Shown here piece by piece: positions 1 to 9,081 of a DNA stretch of 64,000 nt. The notes under the pieces are model-generated. The model worked only from the letters and a program-made list of their open reading frames with translations, made no database searches and had not been told where the DNA came from. A program made the translations under genes and the position numbers. This stretch comes from Halorutilales archaeon Cl-col2-1 (lineage in GTDB: Archaea; Halobacteriota; Halobacteria; Halobacteriales; Afararchaeaceae): NCBI GenBank assembly GCA_041891055.1, contig CP169074.1, positions 864,001 to 928,000 on the forward strand, written 5' to 3'. Position 1 is the stretch's first letter. Each line of letters begins with the position of its first letter.

Positions 1-344
1 TCGGATTCGTCGAAGCTCTGCCAGTCACCGTCACTCTCGCCGTGACCCCTCAGGTCGATAGAGATTACATCGAATCCCTCCTCCAAGACGAGTGTCGGTA
101 GCTCTCCCCACTGACTTCTGTCTCCTCCCAACTGATGGGCTAAGACAACACCGGGCGGAGTCGTCTCCCCCGATTCATAGTAGCTTGCGGCTATCTCAAC
201 TCCGTCCGAGGTAGTGACTGTGATGTCTTCCCGCGGCGGCTCCGAGTCAGATCCCGTATCCCCGTCTGTGTCACCCATACATCCCGCAGTCGCCGTAGCT
301 GACATAACCCCGACCAAGCCGAGTAGTCTACGTCTCGTGTACAT
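1..344 (-). CDS. Tat-exported lipoprotein, alpha/beta hydrolase (partial, runs off window start)
   Basis: Translated by hand (absent from ORF track): MYTRRRLLGLVGVMSATATAGC (Tat + lipobox)...GVVLAHQLGG...FDVISIDLRGHGES, typical alpha/beta hydrolase N-terminus. Confidence 0.8.
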   Translation of the reverse strand, partial: MYTRRRLLGLVGVMSATATAGCMGDTDGDTGSDSEPPREDITVTTSDGVEIAASYYESGETTPPGVVLAHQLGGDRSQWGELPTLVLEEGFDVISIDLRGHGESDGDWQSFDES

Positions 345-527
345 GATTCCGTTAGACTCTTGTGGCATGACTTCTACACTAACTCCGAGAGCGTCTAAGT
401 TAAAGTTTTCCAGCAGTACGTCCCAAATTTACGTATAATTTATTCACATTTTCGAATTTTACTTGACATATGTCGTAGCTAATACGTCGGAGAAAGCTTT
501 ATGTGAACTTCTATGGTAACATGAGAT

Positions 528-788
528 ATGTCTGCGACAGAGATTACCAAGGACGAGGCAGATGAGATAGACGCTGACATGGAAATAGACGTGACAGGTG
601 AGGTCTGTCCGTATCCTCAGCTTGAGGCGAAGAAGGCTATGAAGAAGCTGTCGTCGGGAGAGACCTTCGTAGAGGTCACCGACCACGTCGACTCAGTTGA
701 GAACGTACCCGAGGTCATCGGTGCCGACGGCGATGTCAAGTACTGGGACGACGACGGCACGTTCCATCTCTACGTCACTAAGGCATAG
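528..788 (+). CDS. TusA/YeeD-family sulfur carrier protein
   Basis: IDVTGEVCPYP (CPxP motif), 86 aa, directly upstream of a YeeE gene. Confidence 0.9.
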   Translation: MSATEITKDEADEIDADMEIDVTGEVCPYPQLEAKKAMKKLSSGETFVEVTDHVDSVENVPEVIGADGDVKYWDDDGTFHLYVTKA

Positions 789-844
789 ACGTAGAAGGGT
801 GTAGTCCGTAAGACAAACCGGCTGATTCATCTTTAAGATAAAAA

Positions 845-2080
845 ATGGCAATAGGATTAGGGGGACTCGTACTTTCGGTAGTCGTGGGTACAGCTATAGG
901 GATATTCATGCAGAAGGGAAGGTTCTGCTTCGTGCACGCCTTGAGAGATTTTATCGCATTCAAGGACACACGTGTCACGAAGGGGGTCGTCTCGGCGATA
1001 GGCGTCACTATGCTCCTCTGGGCAGGGGTCGCTACGGCTCTTGGAGGCGCAAACTGGTGGACGTCGTCTCTTTCGCTCTTCGGGATTGTGGGAGGCATAA
1101 TCTTCGGCGTCTCTATGACCTACGCCGGGGGCTGTGCGAGCGGTACGCTCTACCGTGCGGGAGAGGGATATGTCCAGTTCTGGATAACACTCGTCTTCAT
1201 GGGTGTCGGTTACATCGTTTACAGCGCCCTGTTTCCGACACTCTCTCCGGTCAAGTCGTCGCTAACGTTCTCCGAGGGATTCTCGCTCTTCGAGATGGGT
1301 CTCCCGCCGATAGTCATGGGAGTGATAGGAGCCGGAGTGATCGTCGTGGCTTACGTCGTCCTCGTCGGAAGAGAAGTCACCGAATCAGGAGGCGGTGTCT
1401 CTGGTGCTGAGTCGGCACAGGCAAACATGGGAGTCTTCGGCGCGGGCTGGAACAGCTTCAGCCAAGGTACTAAGTCGTACATATCGGGCTTCTTCAACTC
1501 CGAGAAGAGCTTCGGAGAGAGAATGAAGGAGCCGTGGAGCGCCAAGACAGCGGGTATAGGAATCGGATTTGTTAGCATACCGTGGTTCGTCTACCTCAAC
1601 ACGATAGACGGCTACGCGGGATCGTACATAGCGATGACAGGTCCCGAGGTCGGCTGGCTAGCACTCATACTCAACCCGATAGTTGACCTCCAGAACGTCT
1701 CGCTCACAGGACCTTTCGGCTACATCGCGGCTTTCTACCAGAACAACCTCTCGATGGGAGCGTCTAACGCAGTGGTTCCGGGTGCAATAGCACCACCGAT
1801 GCTCCTAGTCGCGTCGCTCGTCTTCGGCGCGTTCTTAGCGTCGCTCTGGAGCGGCGAGTTCGACGTAAGGATGCCCAAGAAGAAACGCGTACCGAACGCC
1901 GTCCTAGGCGGTCTCGGAATGGGAGTGGGTTCAAGAATGATACCCGGCTGTAACATAGCCAACATCTACTCAGGACTCTCGATGCTCACGATGAACGCCG
2001 TGATAGGTACGGTCGGTATGATAATTGGAGTCTACATAATGACCCACTGGATGTACAGAGATATAGGCTGTGAGCTTTAG
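845..2080 (+). CDS. YeeE/YedE (TsuA-like) thiosulfate/sulfur-compound transporter
   Basis: Multi-TM; conserved Cys motifs QKGRFCF, YAGGCASGTLYR, PGCNI. Confidence 0.9.
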   Translation: MAIGLGGLVLSVVVGTAIGIFMQKGRFCFVHALRDFIAFKDTRVTKGVVSAIGVTMLLWAGVATALGGANWWTSSLSLFGIVGGIIFGVSMTYAGGCASGTLYRAGEGYVQFWITLVFMGVGYIVYSALFPTLSPVKSSLTFSEGFSLFEMGLPPIVMGVIGAGVIVVAYVVLVGREVTESGGGVSGAESAQANMGVFGAGWNSFSQGTKSYISGFFNSEKSFGERMKEPWSAKTAGIGIGFVSIPWFVYLNTIDGYAGSYIAMTGPEVGWLALILNPIVDLQNVSLTGPFGYIAAFYQNNLSMGASNAVVPGAIAPPMLLVASLVFGAFLASLWSGEFDVRMPKKKRVPNAVLGGLGMGVGSRMIPGCNIANIYSGLSMLTMNAVIGTVGMIIGVYIMTHWMYRDIGCEL

Positions 2081-3375
2081 AAGTTAGCCGTCACAGAGAA
2101 GACAGAGCCGTTCTGGTTACCCAGGTATATCCTTTCTCCGACGACTGCGGGCGAAGACCTCATGCCGTAACGCGTATTATGGCTCCAGACCTCTGAGGCA
2201 TCTTCTCTCGAAATCACGTAGACGTTTCCGTCTGAGCTTCCGAAACACAGCCTGTCCTTTGTAACCGCGGGGGACGTCCTGACCTCGCTTCCCTCACCGT
2301 AGCTCCAGATCTCCTCGCCCGACTCGGCGTCGACTGCGTAGACGTTTCCATCGTTACTTCCGAAGTAGACAGTCGCATCGGCTAACGCCGGCGAAGAATG
2401 TATCTCGTCGCCCGTCTCGAAGCTCCATAGCTCGGAGCCATCGTCCTTACTCAGCGCGTAAAGGCTACCGTCGGTACTTCCTATGTAGACGGCGTCGTCT
2501 CCGAGAGTAGGTGCTGCCTCTATCTCGTAGCTCTTACCCCATCTCATACTTCCGTCCGTAGTGAACGAAATTACCTGACCGATGTCGCTTGCGGTGTAGA
2601 CACCCGACTCGTCGACCGCGGGCGAGACGCGGACTGCGTACTGCTGGTTGCTGTTCCAGGCTTCCTCACCCGACTCGGCGTCGACTGCGTATACACGTCC
2701 GTCTGTGCTCCCTATATAGACGGTACCGTCGTAGACAGCAGGGGCGGTGTGTATCTCGTCACGTGTCGAGAACTCCCACTCAGGAGTGCCGTTGGAACTG
2801 TCGATAGCGTAGAGGTCGCCTCCGACTGTTCCGACGTAGAGATGATCGCCGTCGTCGCTGACAGCGGGCGAACCCCTCACAGGGTCGCCGAGGCTGACGC
2901 TCCAGACCTCGTTTCCTATCGTGGCACTGTAACCGTAGACTGTGCCGTCAGTTCCGCCTATGTAGAGTACTGAGTCGTCGACAACTGGCGATCCGAAGAC
3001 CTCATTTCCTACTGAGACAGACCAGTCCTCGTCGGGGAACTTAGGAGGTATCTGTGTCGCGGGGTTGTACCCTGAGTTCGACGAGTTCTTCTGGAACGAC
3101 AGCCATCTGTCCTCGACGTCGGGAGCCTCCTGAGCCGCGTCGTCGGTCTCAGACTCGTTCTCCGCCTCCTGCATCTCTGTCTCATTCTGATCCGTGTCAG
3201 TCACATTCTCGACAGGCTGTGTCTCGTTCTGGTTCGTGTCAGTCTGGTTCTGAGGCTGTGAGTCGTTCGTCCCATCTCCGTCCCCACCGCCACCCGTACA
3301 TCCCGCTATACCCGCTATTCCGACAGAAGTAGCCTTCAGAAACCATCTGCGCGTTCGCTGAGTTCCGTCCGACAT
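2077..3375 (-). CDS. Tat lipoprotein with PQQ-like/BamB beta-propeller repeats
   Basis: TRRWFLK, IAGC lipobox, repeated SPAV..VYxGSxDGxVYAVDAxSGExxW blades. Confidence 0.85.
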   Translation of the reverse strand: MSDGTQRTRRWFLKATSVGIAGIAGCTGGGGDGDGTNDSQPQNQTDTNQNETQPVENVTDTDQNETEMQEAENESETDDAAQEAPDVEDRWLSFQKNSSNSGYNPATQIPPKFPDEDWSVSVGNEVFGSPVVDDSVLYIGGTDGTVYGYSATIGNEVWSVSLGDPVRGSPAVSDDGDHLYVGTVGGDLYAIDSSNGTPEWEFSTRDEIHTAPAVYDGTVYIGSTDGRVYAVDAESGEEAWNSNQQYAVRVSPAVDESGVYTASDIGQVISFTTDGSMRWGKSYEIEAAPTLGDDAVYIGSTDGSLYALSKDDGSELWSFETGDEIHSSPALADATVYFGSNDGNVYAVDAESGEEIWSYGEGSEVRTSPAVTKDRLCFGSSDGNVYVISREDASEVWSHNTRYGMRSSPAVVGERIYLGNQNGSVFSVTANF

Positions 3376-3432
3376 ACAACTAAAACAGAATAGAAGACAT
3401 AAAAATCTATTCCGTCCGACAAAAAAGATCTA

Positions 3433-4440
3433 TCAGCCCGATACCTCGCCTAAGAGACGCCGCGCTTCCTGAACCCTCTCGTCGGCGAGGTCAGTGTTAC
3501 CCTCCGCACCCGCGTCGGCGGCACGTCGGAACTCTGTTGCGGTCTGACGTAAGGTTCTGAGGCTCGATATAAACGACTCCGCCTGGCTCCTCTGTATCGA
3601 TCCTTTTCCCTCGGCGGGCTTGACCCCCATGTACTCGTCGAAGCTGTCGAGGGAGTTGTTGAAGCTCGTGTTCGCCGTCTCGAAAGTATCAGAGGCTTGT
3701 CTCCATCTCTCGTGTGAGAGCTCTCCGTCTTCGAGATAGACAGAGACTGTCCCGAGACCCGTGTAGAGAGATCTCAGACCTTCAACGTACGACTCCCAGC
3801 CGTCCCCGAGAGGTCTCATGAACGGCATATGCTCCTCGTGCTGGTAGACGAGATGGTCGCGCACGGGGCTGATATCCACCGCGGGATCGTCGAGTTGTGT
3901 GAGAGTCGAATTCGTCTCGGCGTAGACCGACTGCGACTCGTTGAGCTTCTGTCTCGCGCTCTCGACGTCTTCGAGAGCACCGTCGAGGGGATCTACGTTA
4001 CTCGTAGACGCACGCCTCAGGTCTCGTCTAGCACGTTCGAGATCTTTGTGTGCCCTTGCGTGGAGTATGTCGCCTTTTGCGACACCGATAACTACGTCCG
4101 CGGTCGCTCTCAGACTTCGTGCCCTTTCGGGGTCTAACTCGCCCTCGTCTTCGAGCTTCTCAGCCATCTCACGTGCCCTCTGTGCCTTGTCACGCGCCTG
4201 GATCATATCCTGTTCGACCTCATCGACGGAGACATCCTCGCCAAAGACGAAGAGTACCGGGGCGTCCTCGACGTCGCTCACAGACTCGTTGAGAAGTCTC
4301 AGGGCGCCGTCAACCGTCGCGTTCTGCCCGGAGTCAGATGATGGGCTCTCCGTTCCCGTTCCGGTCTGTGACCCTCCCATACAGCCCGCAAGAGCCACGG
4401 CTAAGACGGCTACGGCGACTAAGAGTTTCTTAGTTTTCAT
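3433..4440 (-). CDS. Helical lipoprotein, function unknown
   Basis: Signal peptide with LAGC lipobox; acidic helical body. Confidence 0.7.
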   Translation of the reverse strand: MKTKKLLVAVAVLAVALAGCMGGSQTGTGTESPSSDSGQNATVDGALRLLNESVSDVEDAPVLFVFGEDVSVDEVEQDMIQARDKAQRAREMAEKLEDEGELDPERARSLRATADVVIGVAKGDILHARAHKDLERARRDLRRASTSNVDPLDGALEDVESARQKLNESQSVYAETNSTLTQLDDPAVDISPVRDHLVYQHEEHMPFMRPLGDGWESYVEGLRSLYTGLGTVSVYLEDGELSHERWRQASDTFETANTSFNNSLDSFDEYMGVKPAEGKGSIQRSQAESFISSLRTLRQTATEFRRAADAGAEGNTDLADERVQEARRLLGEVSG

Positions 4441-4487
4441 CAGTATATAAAAAGAGACGCGAGAGTATCTTATATCTGGCTCTCAGA

Positions 4488-4928
4488 TCAGCACGTCGGA
4501 GGCGCAGTCTCGACTGTGACGTCAAGAGTCGAAGAGGTGTCGCCCGACGATGCCTCTAGATCCATCTTGTACTGCTGCATTCCCTGTCCCGACTCCTCGT
4601 TTATCTCGAGCTGTGTCGAGCTACCCGGCGAAACCGTGTTGCTTCCGAGGCTCGCCGTCATTCCCGACGGGACGTTCGCTGTCTCTATGGTGACGTCCCC
4701 CGGTGCGTCCTCGTTCGCCGAGACCTCAACCGACGCCGAACGTCCAGCTCCGACGGTCACAGGGTTCGAGCCTATCGATATGAGCTCGTTACTCGTGGCT
4801 ACCTCGCCCGAGCCGCCTCCTCCTTGTGTCTGTGCTTCTCCGCTACCCCCACCGCCGCCTCCAGTACAGCCGGCGAGCATCACTAGACCTACTACAACTC
4901 CTATAATAAGATGGCGTCTGTCCACCAT
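4488..4928 (-). CDS. Small lipoprotein with Ig-like beta domain and C-terminal Cys
   Basis: MVDRR..LAGC, Gly linker, beta-strand pattern, ends TAPPTC. Confidence 0.7.
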   Translation of the reverse strand: MVDRRHLIIGVVVGLVMLAGCTGGGGGGSGEAQTQGGGGSGEVATSNELISIGSNPVTVGAGRSASVEVSANEDAPGDVTIETANVPSGMTASLGSNTVSPGSSTQLEINEESGQGMQQYKMDLEASSGDTSSTLDVTVETAPPTC

Positions 4929-5010
4929 ACCTACTTTTGGTTGCCTCTATGTATATTTAAGAATTTCCATGACTTATTCAAATTGTAATAATGATACATA
5001 AATTAAGACG

Positions 5011-5325
5011 TCATCTAAGGAGACCAAAGAAAAAGAGTACTAAGACGAGTAGGTTGAGTATATGTGTGACTCCGACCGTAGTACGGTAGGGGAAGTTGAT
5101 CATGACACCAAACATGAATGATATCTCCTTCATGAAGAATAGACCGAACCCCACGAAGAGAAACATGAAACGTCTGTTCCTCCTCTTGTAGTAGGCGAGA
5201 GCGGCGACCACGAAGATACCCGCGGCGAGTATAAGGGTGGCTATATGTATCGCCGAGTCGAGCTGAGTCCCCTCTATGCGTGGAGGCTGCATATGGATCA
5301 GGGGCTCATACGCCGTCTCTAACAT
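5011..5325 (-). CDS. Small 3-TM haloarchaeal membrane protein
   Basis: Hydrophobic helices around a basic loop (AYYKRRNRRFMFL). Confidence 0.65.
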   Translation of the reverse strand: MLETAYEPLIHMQPPRIEGTQLDSAIHIATLILAAGIFVVAALAYYKRRNRRFMFLFVGFGLFFMKEISFMFGVMINFPYRTTVGVTHILNLLVLVLFFFGLLR

Positions 5326-5368
5326 GACGTGAAAAAGAGTAACTTCTCTACGGTATATACGTCTTGTC

Positions 5369-5920
5369 CTACTCTTCGGCTTCCTGGTCTTCGAGTATCC
5401 TGTCTATCTGAGAGGTCATCTCATTAGCCGAGACGAAGCTTCCGTACTTCTCGTACCTTATCCTTCCCTCTCCGTCGACTATAACGATTCCCGGAGGAGA
5501 ATGTGTCTGGTACTTTCTCAGGAATACCTCCGAGCCGGTGTCGGAGAGGTAGGTCATCTCTATGTCGTGTTTCTGCTTCCAGTTTCTGAGTGTCTCCTTG
5601 CTCTCGGGTGATATGGCGACGAAATGGACGTCGTCGCCTGGGTATCTCTCCTCCATCATCTCCTTCCACGTGGGTATCATCTCGCCACATGTTAGACACG
5701 TCGTAGTCATCAGATCGATCACGACGACATCGCCCTCGTAGTCGGAGAGCGAGACCGTCTCGCCCTCGACTGACTCAAGCGTGAAACCCGGAGCTGGCTT
5801 TGCCTCGGCGGCTGTCTTCACGTTGCTATTAAACGCGCCCATCACGCTCAGACCCGCGAGGGCAACTACGAGGACTAAGATAGTCCCCACGACCGCCGTT
5901 ACGACACTCTTGTCTGACAT
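5369..5920 (-). CDS. Membrane-anchored TlpA/ResA-like redoxin
   Basis: N-terminal TM, APGFTLESVEGETVSLSDY, CLTC active site. Confidence 0.85.
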   Translation of the reverse strand: MSDKSVVTAVVGTILVLVVALAGLSVMGAFNSNVKTAAEAKPAPGFTLESVEGETVSLSDYEGDVVVIDLMTTTCLTCGEMIPTWKEMMEERYPGDDVHFVAISPESKETLRNWKQKHDIEMTYLSDTGSEVFLRKYQTHSPPGIVIVDGEGRIRYEKYGSFVSANEMTSQIDRILEDQEAEE

Positions 5921-5939
5921 CTATTTTTGTTCTTATGTA

Positions 5940-7208
5940 TCACATCAGCATTCTCTTGACCTTGAAACCGGCGTACATCCCCGGGAATATTCCGACTGCG
6001 TAGACGAGCCCGACGAGGTTCGCCTGTGTCGAGATCGCCGTGAGGAATCCCGCACAGTCACACGCGAGTGCGAGACGGACTCCGAGAGCTATGCCGAATC
6101 CTCCGAGTATCGAGAGAGCGTAACGGTTGAGCTTCTTGCCCTTCGGAGGTGTACGTATCTTGAAGTCCTGGTACCACACAGCGGCGAGGAACGCACCGAG
6201 TATCGCGACTATGTAAGCCCACGTACCTATCGCGAGTCCGGGAAGTGCCTTCGTTCCAGCCCACCACCACTCTCCGGGGAACCACTGAGGTACTGTAAAT
6301 CCGAAGACAGGCCAGACGAAGTAGCTCGCTATGAAGCCGAGAGGTCCGGCTCCACGGAACATACCGGGGAGTGCGTCGGCACCCCATATCTGGTACGACA
6401 CGAAGAAGATAGTGTTAGCGAAGACTGCGATGGTTCCCGCTACTCTGGGATCCCAGAGTCTCTCGGGTGTCGCGAAAGCCTTCTTGAAAGCCGACGAAAG
6501 GCTCGCGGCGTCACTCTTGACAACTCTTCCTCCGTCGGCGACCTTCTTCTTGACCTCGTTCATCTGGGGCATTCCGCCCTCAGGCGAGTAGTTCTTCGCG
6601 AGGTAGTACGATATAGCCGCGAAGGCTATGGATGCTACGACACCGTAGACGAGAACGCCGAGCTTGACTCCCAGAATTGGCTCACCGGGTCCTTTGAGAG
6701 TCAGTAGAGGCGTCGACCAGGGCCAGCCGAATCCTCCGAATTCCCTGTTGAAACTCACCGCCGGCCTGGCTACGAACGGAACCATCACGACCCAAGCTAC
6801 GAATATAGCGAAGGTCTGTAAAACGGCTGAGACACGTCCCTCACCTATCTTGTGGACTAGACTAACCGCTGACGCTCCTCCTAGCGCCGATCCGAAACCG
6901 AGTATGAACGACCCTATGAAGGCTAGGGGTCCTGAAGGCTTCGTGGGCGGCATCTTTCCCGTGAAGAACGTGATTATTCCAACCGAGAGAATTCCGATTC
7001 CGAAGAAGTACATGAACCCTCTCGCTAGCCAGCCGTTGCGCTGGTAGACGAGGTCTCCAAACATCTGAACCGGGTCGAACTGTCCTCTCTGAAGCGCTAT
7101 TCCGAATATGAGTCCGGCTACACCCACAACTCCGTAGACGACTGTGTTAGGACTCGTCGGCTCCATGAAACTGTACTCAGCTAGAAGTACTGATAATGCC
7201 CCTATCAT
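5940..7208 (-). CDS. Divergent YeeE/YedE-family transporter
   Basis: YeeE topology (GLIFGIALQRG, GFGSALGG, GVRLALACDCAG), but the first two conserved Cys are missing. Confidence 0.8.
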   Translation of the reverse strand: MIGALSVLLAEYSFMEPTSPNTVVYGVVGVAGLIFGIALQRGQFDPVQMFGDLVYQRNGWLARGFMYFFGIGILSVGIITFFTGKMPPTKPSGPLAFIGSFILGFGSALGGASAVSLVHKIGEGRVSAVLQTFAIFVAWVVMVPFVARPAVSFNREFGGFGWPWSTPLLTLKGPGEPILGVKLGVLVYGVVASIAFAAISYYLAKNYSPEGGMPQMNEVKKKVADGGRVVKSDAASLSSAFKKAFATPERLWDPRVAGTIAVFANTIFFVSYQIWGADALPGMFRGAGPLGFIASYFVWPVFGFTVPQWFPGEWWWAGTKALPGLAIGTWAYIVAILGAFLAAVWYQDFKIRTPPKGKKLNRYALSILGGFGIALGVRLALACDCAGFLTAISTQANLVGLVYAVGIFPGMYAGFKVKRMLM

Positions 7209-7210
7209 TG

Positions 7211-7438
7211 TTATGTGTGTATCTCGAAGAAGTAGTCTGCTCCCTTCTTCTCGACCTCGTAGTCGTATCCTTCCTGCTTGCAGAGCGTAGGTATGTTCAC
7301 TTCACCTATACTCGGCATATCCGTCACGAACTCGACTGTCTCACCACTACTAGCTTCTTCGAGTCCCTCCTCTGCCATCCAGAGAGGGATAGGGTACTCC
7401 TCCCCCCTTGCGTCAACTCGTTTCATCTGTTTGCTCAT
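7211..7438 (-). CDS. TusA-like protein lacking the CPxP Cys
   Basis: VDARGEEYPIP in place of D(A/T)RGxxCPxP; TusA length and pattern; adjacent to YeeE. Confidence 0.8.
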   Translation of the reverse strand: MSKQMKRVDARGEEYPIPLWMAEEGLEEASSGETVEFVTDMPSIGEVNIPTLCKQEGYDYEVEKKGADYFFEIHT

Positions 7439-7669
7439 TCGTATCCCCCGGCTTTACGTAGACAGGGGTCGACTAATAAACGTATTTGGAGTTCGGACAC
7501 AACTAATTAGGGATAAGGTACAATTTACCTAGAAGTGGGATAGATCCGAGTTATTGTACCCATTTTGGGGTCAAAATGCGGCATATGTATACGTCAGGTT
7601 TAATGTTAACCGGAGATAGTATTCTGGTATGAAGAATATAAGAGAACAACTCATCGAGGGTGGTAGTAA

Positions 7670-7996
7670 GTGGCGCTAGTTCCGCCCGTGCTCGGAATAC
7701 GTGTCTGTATGATAATCTCGTCTCTCAACATAGCCCTGCTCACGGGTCTAGCGACAGTATACGGCAGGAATTACAGGCGTATGAAGTCGGCATTCAGCCT
7801 CGGTCTCTTGATCTTCTCTCTCCTATTCGTACTTGAAAACAGCCTCGCAGTCTACTACTACGTCACACAGCAGATAGTGACGTGGAAGCCACACATAGTC
7901 CTAGCCACCTCGGAGTTCGTGGGCTTCTCAGTTCTTGGTCTGATAACCTGGAAGCCAGACCTCTCGTTCAGTCTGAGAGTCCCGAGAATAAGATGA
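7670..7996 (+). CDS. Small 3-TM membrane protein
   Basis: NIALL..YGRNYRRMKSAFSLGLLIF pattern typical of haloarchaeal small membrane proteins; start uncertain. Confidence 0.65.
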   Translation: MALVPPVLGIRVCMIISSLNIALLTGLATVYGRNYRRMKSAFSLGLLIFSLLFVLENSLAVYYYVTQQIVTWKPHIVLATSEFVGFSVLGLITWKPDLSFSLRVPRIR

Positions 7997-8071
7997 ATTG
8001 TACATAACCCCGAAACGATCTTGAAAAACCTACTTATGTACTCTGGGTATACGGAGTCGTAGGGGGAAAAC

Positions 8072-8329
8072 ATGGAAAGAGCAAAACAGAAGATAGGAGC
8101 TTTAGTTATTGTAGCTCTCATAATTGGGGGAATAGGTACACAGATATGGGCAGGTACCGACAAGAACGTCGTAAACGCGGGTTTCTCAGAAGGAGAGGAG
8201 AGAAACATACCCACTAACGAGAGCGGTGATTCTTCGTCGGGATCGTCGTCGAGTATAGGTACTGACGCTGACGTACCCGATGGTGCCGTAGTGTCGTCGT
8301 CGAGCGGTGGGGCGTCACCGACAGGTTAG
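8072..8329 (+). CDS. Small membrane-anchored/secreted Ser-rich protein
   Basis: N-terminal TM, low-complexity Ser linker, ends GASPTG. Confidence 0.6.
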   Translation: MERAKQKIGALVIVALIIGGIGTQIWAGTDKNVVNAGFSEGEERNIPTNESGDSSSGSSSSIGTDADVPDGAVVSSSSGGASPTG

Positions 8330-8370
8330 GACAACTTAACTCTTATCCGGGCTAAGAGCCTGTATCTCAC

Positions 8371-9033
8371 ATGGAACTCGAACTTCTGGTATTTGCGGCT
8401 ACTGCGGGGACAGCCACCTTCTTCTCGCCGTGTGGCTTCCCGATGCTCGCGGTCTATGCCTCGTACTACCTCCAGGAGGAGGACGAGGGAATAGGCTACT
8501 CCCGCGGCTTTGTAGCCGGAGGAGCGACAGCCGTCGGCTATCTTGGTGTCTTCTTAGCCCTCGGCGGACTCGTCTACGCGGTCGGAAACGCCGTGACACC
8601 ACATATTCCGAAGCTGGAGCTGTTCGTCGGAAGCCTCCTCATGGTCTTCGGTGTTCTGATACTCACAGGAAGATCACCGTCGTTTTCGAGCGAGGTCTAC
8701 ATTCCCGAGAGAGGCGGCTTGACGGGATTCTTCGTCTTTGGTGTCCTCTACGCAGTCGCAGCGTCGGCATGTGTAATACCCGTCTTCGTGAGTCTGATCA
8801 CCTACGCGGCTTCACAGGGCAGTCTCGTCTCGACACTGACCGTCTTCGGTGTCTACGCCGCTTCGATGGGTGCGATGATGATCGTAATCTCACTCGCGAT
8901 AGCCGGTGGAAAGGAGATATTCGTCGACAAGATAAAGTCCCATATAGGACTGATAGAGAAGGGCGCGGGAGTCGTAATGGTAGTCGTAGGAGCCTACCAG
9001 ATAGGCTACTACATCACCAACTTTGTTCTCTGA
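8371..9033 (+). CDS. ccdA: CcdA/DsbD transmembrane electron transporter
   Basis: FFSPCGFPML and ASACVIPVF Cys motifs, 6 TM. Confidence 0.9.
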   Translation: MELELLVFAATAGTATFFSPCGFPMLAVYASYYLQEEDEGIGYSRGFVAGGATAVGYLGVFLALGGLVYAVGNAVTPHIPKLELFVGSLLMVFGVLILTGRSPSFSSEVYIPERGGLTGFFVFGVLYAVAASACVIPVFVSLITYAASQGSLVSTLTVFGVYAASMGAMMIVISLAIAGGKEIFVDKIKSHIGLIEKGAGVVMVVVGAYQIGYYITNFVL

Positions 9034-9081
9034 TTCCTCCAAACCGAGGAATTCATACCGAAACCACGTCAACTTCGTCTG

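Noticed and set aside
4470-4493. Cys-TGA as a possible Cys-Sec motif
   Set aside because: Halobacteria are not known to use selenocysteine, readthrough adds only five unremarkable residues, and no SECIS was recognised; TGA is a common stop here.
5781-6707. Long antisense ORFs (also 21939-23018, 34890-35747 and others)
   Set aside because: Shadow ORFs opposite well-supported genes, expected from GC-rich codon bias.
7629-7679. 16-codon ORF overlapping the start of the 7670 gene
   Set aside because: Could be a leader peptide or a frameshifted N-terminus, but too short to support from sequence alone.
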